Assembly: GCA_977017645.1 (NCBI GenBank)
Contig: OZ360227.1
Span: forward strand, 148,676,001 to 148,740,000
DNA: 64,000 nucleotides
Source: Torpedo marmorata
Taxonomy: Eukaryota
Direction of reading: 5' to 3'
Part shown: positions 52,901 through 64,000 of the stretch, in pieces
Layout: every line of letters begins with the position of its first letter
How positions within the stretch are numbered: the stretch's first letter is position 1
The notes under the pieces: generated by a model
The model's database searches: none
What the model saw: only the letters and a program-made list of their open reading frames with translations
What the model was told of the DNA's origin: nothing
Program-made: the position numbers and the translations under genes

Positions 52901-53916
52901 GATGGCCGCCCCCATACCTCGCACGTGTTGGCCGCGGCCGCGGGTAGGTAAGATGGCGGAGGCGGAAGTGACGACACGCAAGATGCCCGCCCCCGAGTCT
53001 CGCATGCGGCGCTGCTCAGTCCCGCTCGCGGTTTAGATCTACAGACCTTAGCGAAGTGGCCTTTCTTCCCGCAGTTGGAGCAGGTCGCTTCTCGGGCCGG
53101 GCAACATTTCCGGGGGTGCTTCTCAAGCCCGCAGAAATAGCATTTCTCGGGCTCGCGGCTGATGGCCGCAGTGGTCAATTAGCTGGCATGGTGGGGGGTC
53201 GGCAGCATCCACGGGGCCTGCTGGAGATCGCGCGCCTGCATAGCATCCGAATTCTGTAGTGCGGCCTCCAGCGTGTCGGCCAGTTCGATCGCGGAACGGA
53301 AGGTGAGGTCAGCTTGTTCCAGCAGCCGCTGGCGCATATACACTGACCTGGTCCCCGTAACAAAAGCGTCTCTCACTAGGAGCTCTGCATGCTGTTCAGC
53401 CGTCAGTCCCCGGCAGTCTCAGGCCCACACGAGTGTTTTTAGGGCTTGTACGAACTCCACGCTCGACTCCCCGGGCCGCTGCTGCCGCGTCGCTAGCCTA
53501 TGTCTTGCATATACGGTATTCACAGGCCGTATATAAGACTCTAATGGGCAGAGGATTTAAGGGTTATGGGGATAAGGCTGGTAAGGGGTACTGATAGTAG
53601 TGATCAGCCATGATCTGTAAAATGGCGGTGCTGGCTCGACGGGCTGAAGGGCCTACTCCAGCTCCTATTGTCTATTGTCTATATACTGTCTTTTAAGCGT
53701 ATTCATCGCGTCCTCATAAGTCTGCAGAACTTGGATCATAGAGTAGACTCGTGGGCTTACCCAAGAGAGGAGGACCTTGCGTTTTGCGGCGTCTTCTTGC
53801 ACTTTGATCTCCTCCAGAAACGATTCAAAACAGGCTAGCCAGAGTTCGAAGGCATTGCCAGCTTCCGGTGTTTGTGGGTCGAGGTCCAGTTTGTCTGGTC
53901 TCAAGACATTCTCCAT
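49926..53916 (-). pseudogene. Gypsy gag-pol, broken by stops, frameshifts and an insertion
   Basis: ORF pieces 53665..54066, 53179..53376, 51187..53178 (663 aa), 50851..51144, 50276..50779 and 49926..50222. Confidence 0.9.
53536..53679 (+). mobile_element. Short CR1-tail insertion in Gypsy gag
   Basis: TATATA duplicated on the flanks; (TATTGTC)n tail; same sequence family as 45081-45223. Confidence 0.85.
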
Positions 53917-54618
53917 GTTTACAATTTTGCCAATAAAATTGATGAGTCCATCAATAACTCCAAAAGACGAGAAGTTACACAAGAACTGAAAGGCTTTTAT
54001 TGGCAAAAGAATGGAGCTACATTCGTGCTGATGATCTGTCCCGGACTGGGGGTGGAGCAGTGGCACAATGGCCTTTATTCAAGGGGGTCTGTGGGAGGAG
54101 CCACCGGGACAGTCAGCAGGGGCATGTCCAGACTTATCACCCAGCCCACAACCCATACACAGTGGTTTACCACAGGGATAAAATAAATGTACTAGAAAAC
54201 TTCAGTAGAAGAAATAATATTAAAATTGTTGGCCTTAAAGAAGGCACAGAAGGTGCAGATCTGATAAATTTTTTTCAAGCATGGATACCAGAAGTTTTGG
54301 AAATAACAATGGATAAAAACCTATTGAAATTGAAAGAGTGCACAGAGCTTTAAGACCACGTCAACTACAAGATCAAAAGCCAAGATCAAAACTGATAAAA
54401 TGTCTTCGTTATCAAGATAGAGAGACAATATTAACAGCAGCGGTACGAAGAGCTAAAGCAGGTAAAGGCAAATTGCAATCTGATGGAAACAAAGTCTTCT
54501 TTTATCTGGATATAAGATATGAATTGTTGAAAAGAAGAAAAGAATTTAACAAGGCGAAGAATGACTTGTGGAAAATAGGATAAAAATTTTACCTACGACT
54601 CCCTGCTACTCTGAAGAT

Positions 54619-57600
54619 CTTTTTTTTTTTTAAATATTTTATTTGAAATTTTTAAATCACACAATACACAGTTTAAAACGCAAATTTCTCAAATTGCATG
54701 TGATACATTTTCACCCCCCCCTCCCTCCCCTCCCTAACACTCCCAAAAAGAAAGAAAGAAGAAGAAAAGGATAGAGTAAGGAGAATGTCAATCTAAAAAG
54801 AACAACTATAAACTGATCTTATTGTGGAGGATAGGCTCGCCAGCCAGAACCGATGTCCAGAGATCTTCAAATCCTTAAACTCACAATTTTTATATATGGG
54901 CTCCATACTTCCAAAAAGAAATGATACTTATCACGTAAATTATATGTAATTTTTTCGAGTGGTATGCATGAACGCAATTCTGCGTGCCATCTTTCCAACC
55001 CTAAGTCTACATCCGACTTCCATGTGGTGGCAATACATTTCTTAGAAACGGCTAAAGCAATCCGTAAAAATTCTGTCTGGTACATATTTAATTTCCCTTT
55101 AACACTGGTTCCTTCAATATCTCCAAACAAAAATATCATAGGATCCATTGGAAGTGTAGTTCCTAATACTTTATCTAAACATTTTTTAATTTTCAACCAA
55201 AAATCATAAACTTTTGAACAAAACCATGTAGAATATACAAAAGAACCTTCCTCTTTATTACATCTAAAACATAAACCAGATAATGTCGGATTAAATTTCT
55301 TTAGTCTTTTAGGTGTGAAATATAGTTGATGAAAAAAATTATATTGCACCAATCTATATCTAACATTAATAATCTTCGTCATACTTCGTTTACATAATAT
55401 TTTCCAATGCTCTTCATCTATTGTTACATTCAAATCTTTTTCCCAATTTAATCTTGATTTATGAATTCCTGTTTTAGGAAGTTTCCTCTGTAACAATCTG
55501 TACATTTGAGAAATAAATTTAGGCACACCTCCATTAGTAACTAATAATTCCAATTCAGTCTGTCTTGGTAAGGTCAAACCGCAGCCCAACCTTTCCCCTA
55601 AAAACGCCCTAATTTGATAGTAAGCAAAGATTGTATTATTTGCTACACTAAATTTATCTTTCATTCTCTGAAACGTAATAAATTTACCAGCTTCAAAACA
55701 ATCATTTATTTCCTTAATTCCCTTTTGGTACCAAATTTTAAATAGTTGATTATCGACAGTAAATGGAATAAGTTCATTTTGATATAGTGGCATTCTTCGA
55801 GAAATTGATCCTTTTGCTCCTATTTCTCTATCCACTCTATTCCATATTTCTAACAAGTGCCTAAAAATAGGGGAATTTTTCCCTCTTGTTAATAATAATT
55901 TAGAATTCCATTTATAAATGACTTCTTCTTTCAAATCCTCTCCTATATTATTTAATTCTATTCTCATCCAAGCAGAGAGCTTCCCTAAATCAAACAATTC
56001 GTTAATAAATTTTAGTTGGGCTGCTTTATAATAATATTGAAAATTAGGAAGCTTTAGACCACCCATTTCGTAGTTCCAGGTTAATTTCTCCAATCCTACT
56101 CTTGCCAACTTTCCTTTCCACAAAAATGTCCTAATAATTAAATTTAAATCCTTAAAAAACTTCTGAGGGATTTCATAAGGAATTGATTGAAAAAGATACT
56201 GAATTCTCGGAAAAACGTTCATTTTAATACAATTTACCCTTCCCATTAAAGTTATAGGCAAATCCTTCCATCTCTCCAAATCCTTTTTTATATTCACAAA
56301 TAGTGGTAAATAATTTAATTTATACAAATTGGATAATTTTGTATCAATCTTTATTCCCAAATATTTAATTCCTCCCTTTGCCCATTTAAATTGTGTAATT
56401 TCTTTAAATCGCTATAGTCCCCTTGTGTTAAAGGCATAATTTCACTTTTATCCGAGTTAATCTTGTAACCAGATATTCCCCCAAATTCTTTCAATAAAAC
56501 AGACAATTGTGTTAGAGAATTAATAGGTTTTGTCATATATATCAATACGTCATCTGCAAACAAACTAATTTTGTGTTCTTCCTTACCAACTTTAATACCT
56601 GCAATCTTACTATCTTGTCTAATTAATTCGGCTAAAGGTTCTATTGCTAAAATAAACAATGCTGGCGATAAAGGACAACCTTGTCTAGTAGACCTGGTTA
56701 AGGAAAATTTTGAAGATATTTGACCATTTGTGACCACTCTAGCAGACGGTTCTTTACATATAGTTTTAATCCAATTAATAAATGTATTTCCAAAACCAAA
56801 TTTTTCCAGTACCTTAAATAAATAATTCCACTCTAATCTATCAAAAGCCTTTTCGGCATCTAATGTTAATACTAATGACAGTTCTTCTCTTTTTTGTGCC
56901 ACGTTTATTAGACTAATTAATCTAGCGATATTATCTTTTGAATATCTGTTTCTAATAAAGCCTGCCTGATCTCCATGGACTAAGTCTGGTAAGAACTTAG
57001 CCACTCTGTTTGCTAAAATTTTCGCCATTATTTTATAATCCACATTTAACAACGATATTGGTCTATATGATTCTGTTCTCAACAAGTCTCTATCTTTTTT
57101 CGGTATAACTGTTATTAATGCATTGGTGAAGGATTCCGGTACAGAATGGGTTTCCGTTATTTGTTTTAACACCTCCATATAAGGAGGAATCAATAAGTCC
57201 TTAAATTTCTTATAAAACTCTGATGGGAAACCATCCTCCCCTGAGATTTCCCACTTGTCAAAGAACTAAGAACCCCATCGACTTCCCTCATCGTAAATGG
57301 TGAATCTAAAGATTCTTTACTAAGTGCATCTAACCTGGGCATCCTAATTTTGGATAAAAATTTGTTAATTTTAGAATCATCTTTATCGGCTTGAGATGTA
57401 TATAAATTCAAATAAAAATCTTTGAAAGAATCATTTATTTCTCGCTGTTTATAAGTTATTTTCTTAGAATTCTTTTTTATAGCCGTTATAGTTCTAGAGG
57501 TTTGTTCCTTCTTTAATTGCCAGGCTAAAACTTTATGAGCTCTTTCTCCCAGTTCATAATACCTTTGCTTAGTCCTTTCAATTAGTTTTTCCAATTTATA

Positions 57601-59744
57601 TGTTTGTAACGTATTATAATATAACTTTTTCCCAATTAAATCTTTCTTCTTTTCTTCTGATCTCTTCTTTTGTAGATCCTTCTCCAAAAATTCAATCTCC
57701 TTCTCCAAATTATCCAATTCCTGAATATTTTCCTTCTTAACTTTTGCTGAGTAACTTATTATCTGACCTCTTAAATAAGCTTTCAAAGCATCCCAAATAA
57801 TAAATTTGTTTTCCATGGAATCTGTGTTAATCTGTAAAAATTCTTGGATTTCTCTTCTTATATATTTACAAAAATCCACTCTCTTTAGTAAAGAAGAGTT
57901 AAACCTCCATTTATATATAATTTTTTCTTTTTCTGGAATTATGCACGACATTAATAAAGGCGAGTGGTCAGAAATTAATCTAGCCTTATATTGTACTTGA
58001 GTCACCCTATCCTGTAATTGTGATGACAGCAAAAACATGTCTATTCTAGAATAAGAATCATGTCAAGAGGAATAAAAGGAGTAATCTTTTTCTCTCGGAT
58101 TCAACTTCCTCCAAATATCAATTAGATTCAGGTCTTCCATCATCGTTAGAATTCTCTTAGCAGTTTTAGTTCTAATAATTGATTTGGATATTTTATCCAT
58201 TACTGGGTCCAGACAACAATTAAAATCTCCACCAATTAAAATATTATCGTATGCCTCTGACAGATGCATAAAGGAATCTTGAATAAATTGATCATCTTGC
58301 GTATTCGGCACATATATATTCATAAGAGTCCACATTTCTGAGTATATCTGACAGTTAATTAAGACGTATCTTCCTGACCCATCAGTAACCACTGAATGTA
58401 TTTTAAGGGGTAGCTTCTTATTAACTAGAATAGCGACCCCTTTAGCCTTGGAATTAAATGAAGATGCCACCACTTGACCAACCCAATCTCTTTTCAACTT
58501 CTGATGTTCTAAATCAGTCAGATGCGTCTCCTGTAATAAAGCTATGTCTGCATTCAATTTTTTGATGTACGCTAAAGTTTTCTTCCTTTTAATAGGGTTA
58601 TTGAGCCCATTTATATTAATACTAACTACATTTATTAATTTACTGTCCGCCATTGCTGATGTACAATAACTTTCTCTCCCTCGGATCCGCTGGCTCCCCC
58701 CCCCCACATCTGTAAACTATTTGACATCTCCTTAGAAGAAAAAAGAGAAAAGGATATAAAAAGAGAATAGAGAACGAGAGAACCCCCTATATATAATACT
58801 GGTAAATTTACACCAGTACTACCCCCCTCCATTGCTCGGGAAGTGGCCCTCGCCACTAAAATGACGCGCGACTAGGTCAAGGAAGACCAGAAGTCCATCT
58901 CCCCCATACAGATTCCGAACAAATTATGTTATCGTCTCTTCGTCAAACAACTCCAAGATTCCTATTAACTTAATCTTCATCGGTTACTACCCCATTGACA
59001 TGTTCCAAAACTCTTGACGAGAGCAATTTTAATGATTTGGTGACGCTCCGTAAAACCTTGACCTTTCTTTGAGTCTGGAAGCATATTTGCATGATGTAAA
59101 GCTTCTTGGGGATCAGTAAAGAACATTGATTGGTTCTCTGCAGACTGCACTCTCAATGTCGCAGGATACCTAAAAGAAAATTTATAACCTTTTCCCCACA
59201 AAACCGCTTTTGCCGGATTAAATTCCTTCCGTTTCTTTATGATTACCGAACTCAAATCCGCGTAGAAAAATACCCTGTTCTTATCGATTCTCAACGGGTC
59301 CTGCTGAATTCTTGCTTTTTGTATAGCCAATTTCAATATTTTTTCCTTATCTTGATATCTTAGGCATCTAATTAGAATTGAGCGTGGCCTTTGATCAGGA
59401 TACGGTTTCCTCCTGCTATCCCTGTGGGCTCTGTCCAGTTCAAATCCATTCGGAAAGTGATCCTTTCCTAAGGTCTGCGGGATCCAGTCTTGAAAAAAAG
59501 TAGTTGGAATGGTTCCTTCAAAATCCTCAGGCAGTCCCACAATTTTAATATTATTTCTTCGGCTTTGATTTTCTAATACATCTAATTTTTGTAAAAGTTT
59601 GTTCTTTTGCAGCTCCCAACCCGTGAACGAATCTTCCACTTTGTCCACTCTGTCCTTGTAGTCCACCAAATCTTCATCGTGTTCCTCAACCTTTTCTTCA
59701 ATTTTCTTAACCCTCGATGACACTTTATCCACAATGACTGAAAA
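54619..59744 (-). mobile_element. L1/Tx1-clade LINE (element B): most of ORF1, complete frameshifted ORF2, poly(A)
   Basis: ORF1 58977..59732 (ENQSRRNNIKIVGLPE); ORF2 endonuclease NINGL, LQETH, GGDFN, SDH; RT FADD; poly(T) at 54620-54632; same family as 19004-22050. Confidence 0.95.
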
Positions 59745-61399
59745 TCACCTCTAATTATACCTGGAATCTCATCGGATTGTCGAAAGGCAGTTGCTAAAGG
59801 TTCAAGAGCTAGGTCAAACAATAACGGGCTAAGAGGGCAGCCTTGCCGAGTACCACAATATAATCTAAAGGGGGAAAACTGTTTTCTTTACTTCCAGATT
59901 TGACTTTGTATTCCCTGGTTTTAGGTGGTGATCTTAACTGTTGGCTGGACCCGATATTGGATAGATCTTCTGTCAGACTTGCGGTTATTAATAAGTCAGC
60001 CCAGTTTATTAACTCCTTTATGCTGGATACTGTTGTGGTGGACATTTGGAGATTTCTTAACTCAACAGACAAAGATTTTTCCTTTTTCTCGAATGTTCAT
60101 AAAAGCTATACCAGGATAAATAACTTTTTGATTGATCAACAATTGGTGACTTTGACTGAATCTTGTAATTATGAGGCTATAGTAGTCTCTGATCATTCCC
60201 CAGTTGTCCTTCAACTCAATATCCCTGATATCCCTATTAAAAATACGCCTTGGCGGTTCAATGTTACTTTACTGTCTGAACCGGAGTACCAAGACTTTAT
60301 GAAGAATCAAGTACAAACTTTTTTTGATAATAATTCAGCAAATGGAGTCTCGGAACTAATTGTTTGGGATACCTTTAAAGCCTACAATCGTGGACAAATC
60401 ATTTATTATACAGCCAAAGTTAGGAGAAATTCTGTTACAGAACGCAACAAGTTGCTGTCAGATATTAGGCTCATAGATGAGGCTCTTTTTAAAAGACGCT
60501 GTGAGCTTAAGACTAGACATGATATGCTTCTTACCTATCCTATTGAGGCCTATTTGCTAAAGAGTATATCAGAGTTTTATGTTCATGGGGATAAAGTTGG
60601 CAAATTACTTGCTAATCAAATTAAATTTCATAATGTTAAACAATTTATTACGGAGATTCGAAAGAAGGATGGTATTTTAACTATGAATCATGATCAGATA
60701 AATGATGCTTTTCGGGAATTCTATTCAGTATTATACAGTTCTGAGACGCCTGATGATCCTTTAGAAATAGATCAATTTTTGGATAATTTAGATATCCCTA
60801 CATTATCGGCAGAAATTAAATTGGGGTTGGAGAGGCCCATTTCTTCAGGTGAGATTTTAAAGGCTATTAATTCTATACAATCAGGTAAAGCCCCCAGCCC
60901 AGATGGATTTTCTGTAGAATTCTACAAAACATTCAAAGATCTCCTACTTCCTTATTTAGAATTGACTCTGAAAGAGGCTAAAGTGGCGGGTAAGCTGCCT
61001 AACTCCTTTTATGAAGCTTCTATTTCTTTAATACTTAAGAAAAATAAAGATCCTGCTAACTGTGCTTCCTATCGCCCCATCTCTCTTATTAATGTGGATG
61101 CAAAAATGTTGTCTAAAATTCTGACTCACAGATTAGAAGAGGTGATTCCTAATATAATTTCTGATGATCAGACTGGTTTTGTTAAAGGTCGCTATTTACA
61201 GTTTAATATTCGAAGGACCTTAAACATCATTTATTCTACTAGTACGTCTCCAAAAGAATGTATTATCTCATTAGATGCTGAGAAGGCATTTGATAGGGTG
61301 GAGTGGGCTTATTTATTTGCAGTATTAAAGAAATTTAATTTTGGTCCGCAGTTTATAAATTGGATTAAATTAATGTATTCATCTCCCACAGCTTCTGTG
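59745..61399. mobile_element. L1-clade ORF2 (element C) in two oppositely oriented pieces
   Basis: Plus piece about 59882-61399 runs from LVLGGDLNC to MYSSPTASV; minus piece about 59881-59745 ([27 protein letters not shown]) is its direct continuation. Confidence 0.85.
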
Positions 61400-62200
61400 G
61401 TTCAATATAATTTCTTACATCAATTATATATTAAACCACAGAAACTGAAAAAGTTAAAATCAGACTTACAAGATCAATGTTTTAGATGTAATCAGGAAAT
61501 AGGAACGTTTTTACATTCAACTTGGTCTTGCCCTAAAGTAAGATCTTTTTGGTTAGATTTACAAACCTTTTTAGAGCAGATTATGAGAACTAAATTTCCA
61601 CAAGATCCAATGTTGTTTTTATTAGGTAATATTGAGGGCTCAAGACCCAAATTGAAATTAAATATGTATCAAAAAGAATTCTTAAAAATTGCATTAGCTG
61701 TAGCAAAAAAATGTATAGCCGTAACTTGGAAATCAGACTCCCATTTGGGTATGGAATGAGAAATGCGTAGTTGTCTCCCACTTGAGAAGATTACGTACAA
61801 TTTAAGAAATAAATATAATGTACTTTTGAAAATACGGCGCCCATATTTACAAACTGTGGGAATAAACTTATAGTTTTTTCCTTTCCCTTATCAAGTGCCT
61901 CATCAATTTCCCCCTGAGAAATATATGAGAAATAAAAGTAACTAATTAAAAACCGTGATGTAGGTGGCGACTGTTTACCATCCAGGTCACTTTATCTTTC
62001 TTCATACTTTTCTTATTTCTTTTCTTTATTTTCTTTCTTCTTTTCTGGGGTTTTGGTTTGGAGGGAGGGGGGGGAAGGGGGACTGGGGTTTACCCATCGT
62101 GCATAAGCAGTGTAATAATAATAAATTGACATCTTGTTATGTATTATATAATTATGCAAGTATGGATAAAAATTTCAAAATAAAATATTCAAAAAAAACT
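61400..62200 (+). mobile_element. L1-clade 3' end (probably element A), 3' UTR and A-rich tail
   Basis: VQYNFLHQLY, CFRC, HSTWSC, IAVTWK; AATAAA and A-run near 62180-62198. Confidence 0.85.
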
Positions 62201-63539
62201 AAATAGTGGAGGGATCAAGAGAGTTGGGAATATGCTGAAACAGGCTGTTTGTTATGCCTCGGTGGAACATAATGCAGTGTATCCAAAGTATATCACTGAG
62301 GGGCTGCACGTGAATGGGGAAAAAATGGATAGTTGGGTGATATCAGAAATAATGGTGTGAATGTGAGAATCACTGCTGATAATGGTTTGGCTTCCAGTGC
62401 AAACACAAGAATAGAATCATGCAAGTGCTGAGCTACCCAACTTGATGACAATGGGGAGATATTGGAAGAAGGCAGAAATATTAACGATGCATTTTCAAAT
62501 AAATATTTAATGTTATTTTATGGTTGTCAATGAAATGATATTATCCCTCATCTACATATTATCTCTCATCTACATATTATCTCTCATCTACATATACTGC
62601 AGACATGATTTGTCATTTTGGCAATTCTCATGGACACTGCAGCTCACTGCTTTAGTTTTTTTTTATGTGCCAGTGTTGATCTTTCACAGCTTAGATGAGA
62701 TTTGTAGTTCCCTTGGTTTGTTGCAGATATTCACTGTGTACTTTCCATTTTCCCTCACTGGGATTCTCATTCTGTATGTGTAACACGTTGCATTAGCAAA
62801 GTCTGATGAGTGAGATGGGAATTCAAAAATGATGCACATCAATGATAGGGTTTCTCAAACCAAACAAATTAAAGAAGAGAAATAGTCATCATCTGTGCCT
62901 GGGTAGAAATGAAATTGCATAAAAAATATCATGGCCATGGAATCCATTTCTGTAAGTGGGGCGAGTATAATTATGTGCTGCTATTCCAATCTTTTATCTA
63001 TGGAAGATGAGTTCTTTGAATTCCCTGTGCCATTACTGTTGTATCTCAAGTAGTAAATAAAGGCTTAGTGTTATCAATGCCTCATTTGTCGGTCTTTTCT
63101 TGTTGCGATAATGATGCTTTGGCATGAAATATGGTGGTACTTTAATGGCTACATTTTACTTGTGCTTAACAGGACATAGAACTGAACAGATGCACAATAA
63201 TTTACTTTTGAAAATAACTACACATTGAATGCAAAGGATATCTTGTAATCTTACAATGTTTGATTCCCACTGGAAGTGTTAGATGTTTGCAGAGTGTGAA
63301 AATGTATCCAATTCCCCAATTGCTTCAGCCTCTCATTTCTTTTTGTTTGGCAGAGCACTTGTACTTAGTGAATAGGTTCTGCCAGAGCAAAAGCCTTGAC
63401 TCATAGGATAAGTAACAAGGTTATATAAACAAAAAACACCAGGGAAAATTGATATGAAATTTTACCAGGTTAAAAGAACAAGATAAAAGCCACCTTTTGT
63501 CATCATTGTATGTTAGGGTGGCGTACATCCACCAACTGA

Positions 63540-63965
63540 AATTGGAAGAATGACACCATCTCGGCAGTCTCAAATTAGATGTCATCGATATCGACCTCCA
63601 ATGTCCATTAACCTTCTCTCTTTCCCTGCCCATCTATTTCCTTTCCTCCAGCTCCCCATCCCCTTCCCTTCCTTCTCCTGTCAGACAGCTACATTTAGCC
63701 TTCTACCCTCTCTCCCATCGCTACTCAACTTCTACCCTCCTACCTGTATCCACCTCTTACCTGTTAACCTGTGCTCCTTCTCCTTCTTTTCTTCCTCATC
63801 TCCTCTCCTATCCTCCTTCCCCCACCTCTTTATTCAGACATCTACACATTTTTCTGCATTCTGAAATGTTGATTGCCTTTTACTTCCTGTGGATGTTGCA
63901 TGACCTGCTGAGTTTCTCCACCACTTTTGTATATTGCTCAAGATCCTAGCATTTGCATATTACTT
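63540..63965 (+). mobile_element. Penelope-like 3' remnant with polypyrimidine tract
   Basis: Similar in organisation to the reverse complement of 1030-1260; ends in TGACCTGCTGAGTTTCTCCA motif. Confidence 0.6.
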
Positions 63966-64000
63966 GTTTACCTCCATTTACCCTTCTGGAGTGTTTTCCC

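Larger units (their letters stand above)
49624..54174 (-). mobile_element. Full-length Ty3/Gypsy LTR retrotransposon (Mag-like), recent but disrupted
   Basis: 235-bp LTRs 49624-49858 and 53940-54174 with 4 mismatches by eye; 5-bp TSD GGGAT; PPT AAAAAGGAGGGG; gag ATG at 53916; CCHC knuckles; protease LFDAGS; RT YLDN; RNase H DAS; integrase HSDRG and NGQVER. Confidence 0.96.
49165..54618 (+). mobile_element. L1-clade ORF1 (element A), split by the Gypsy insertion
   Basis: Removing 49624-54179 restores QLWDKINVLENFSRRNNIKIVGLKEG; then HRALRP...LRYQDRE. Confidence 0.87.

Overview
AT-rich vertebrate DNA; the repeat content (CR1, Rex1/Babar, L1/Tx1, Penelope, V-SINEs) suggests a cartilaginous fish, probably a ray (inference). 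The window lies inside a large minus-strand LDL-receptor-family gene, best matching LRP1B. Six GT-AG coding exons (38614 to 27596; 135, 130, 127, 152, 125 and 372 nt, in frame) encode YWTD beta-propeller and EGF modules. Much of the intronic DNA is nested transposon sequence. Lead finding: a BEL/Pao LTR element (12935-18724, 5-bp TSD) whose decayed polyprotein starts with a SAFB/SLTM-like SAP domain and, instead of RT/RNase H/integrase, continues into a coiled coil with an intronless MIPOL1-like segment. Also notable: a 5S rRNA-headed SINE sharing a 3' stem-loop with a GC-rich non-autonomous retroposon, a young Gypsy element, and a chimeric L1 insertion with a twin-priming-type inversion. All homology calls are from recognition, not database searches.
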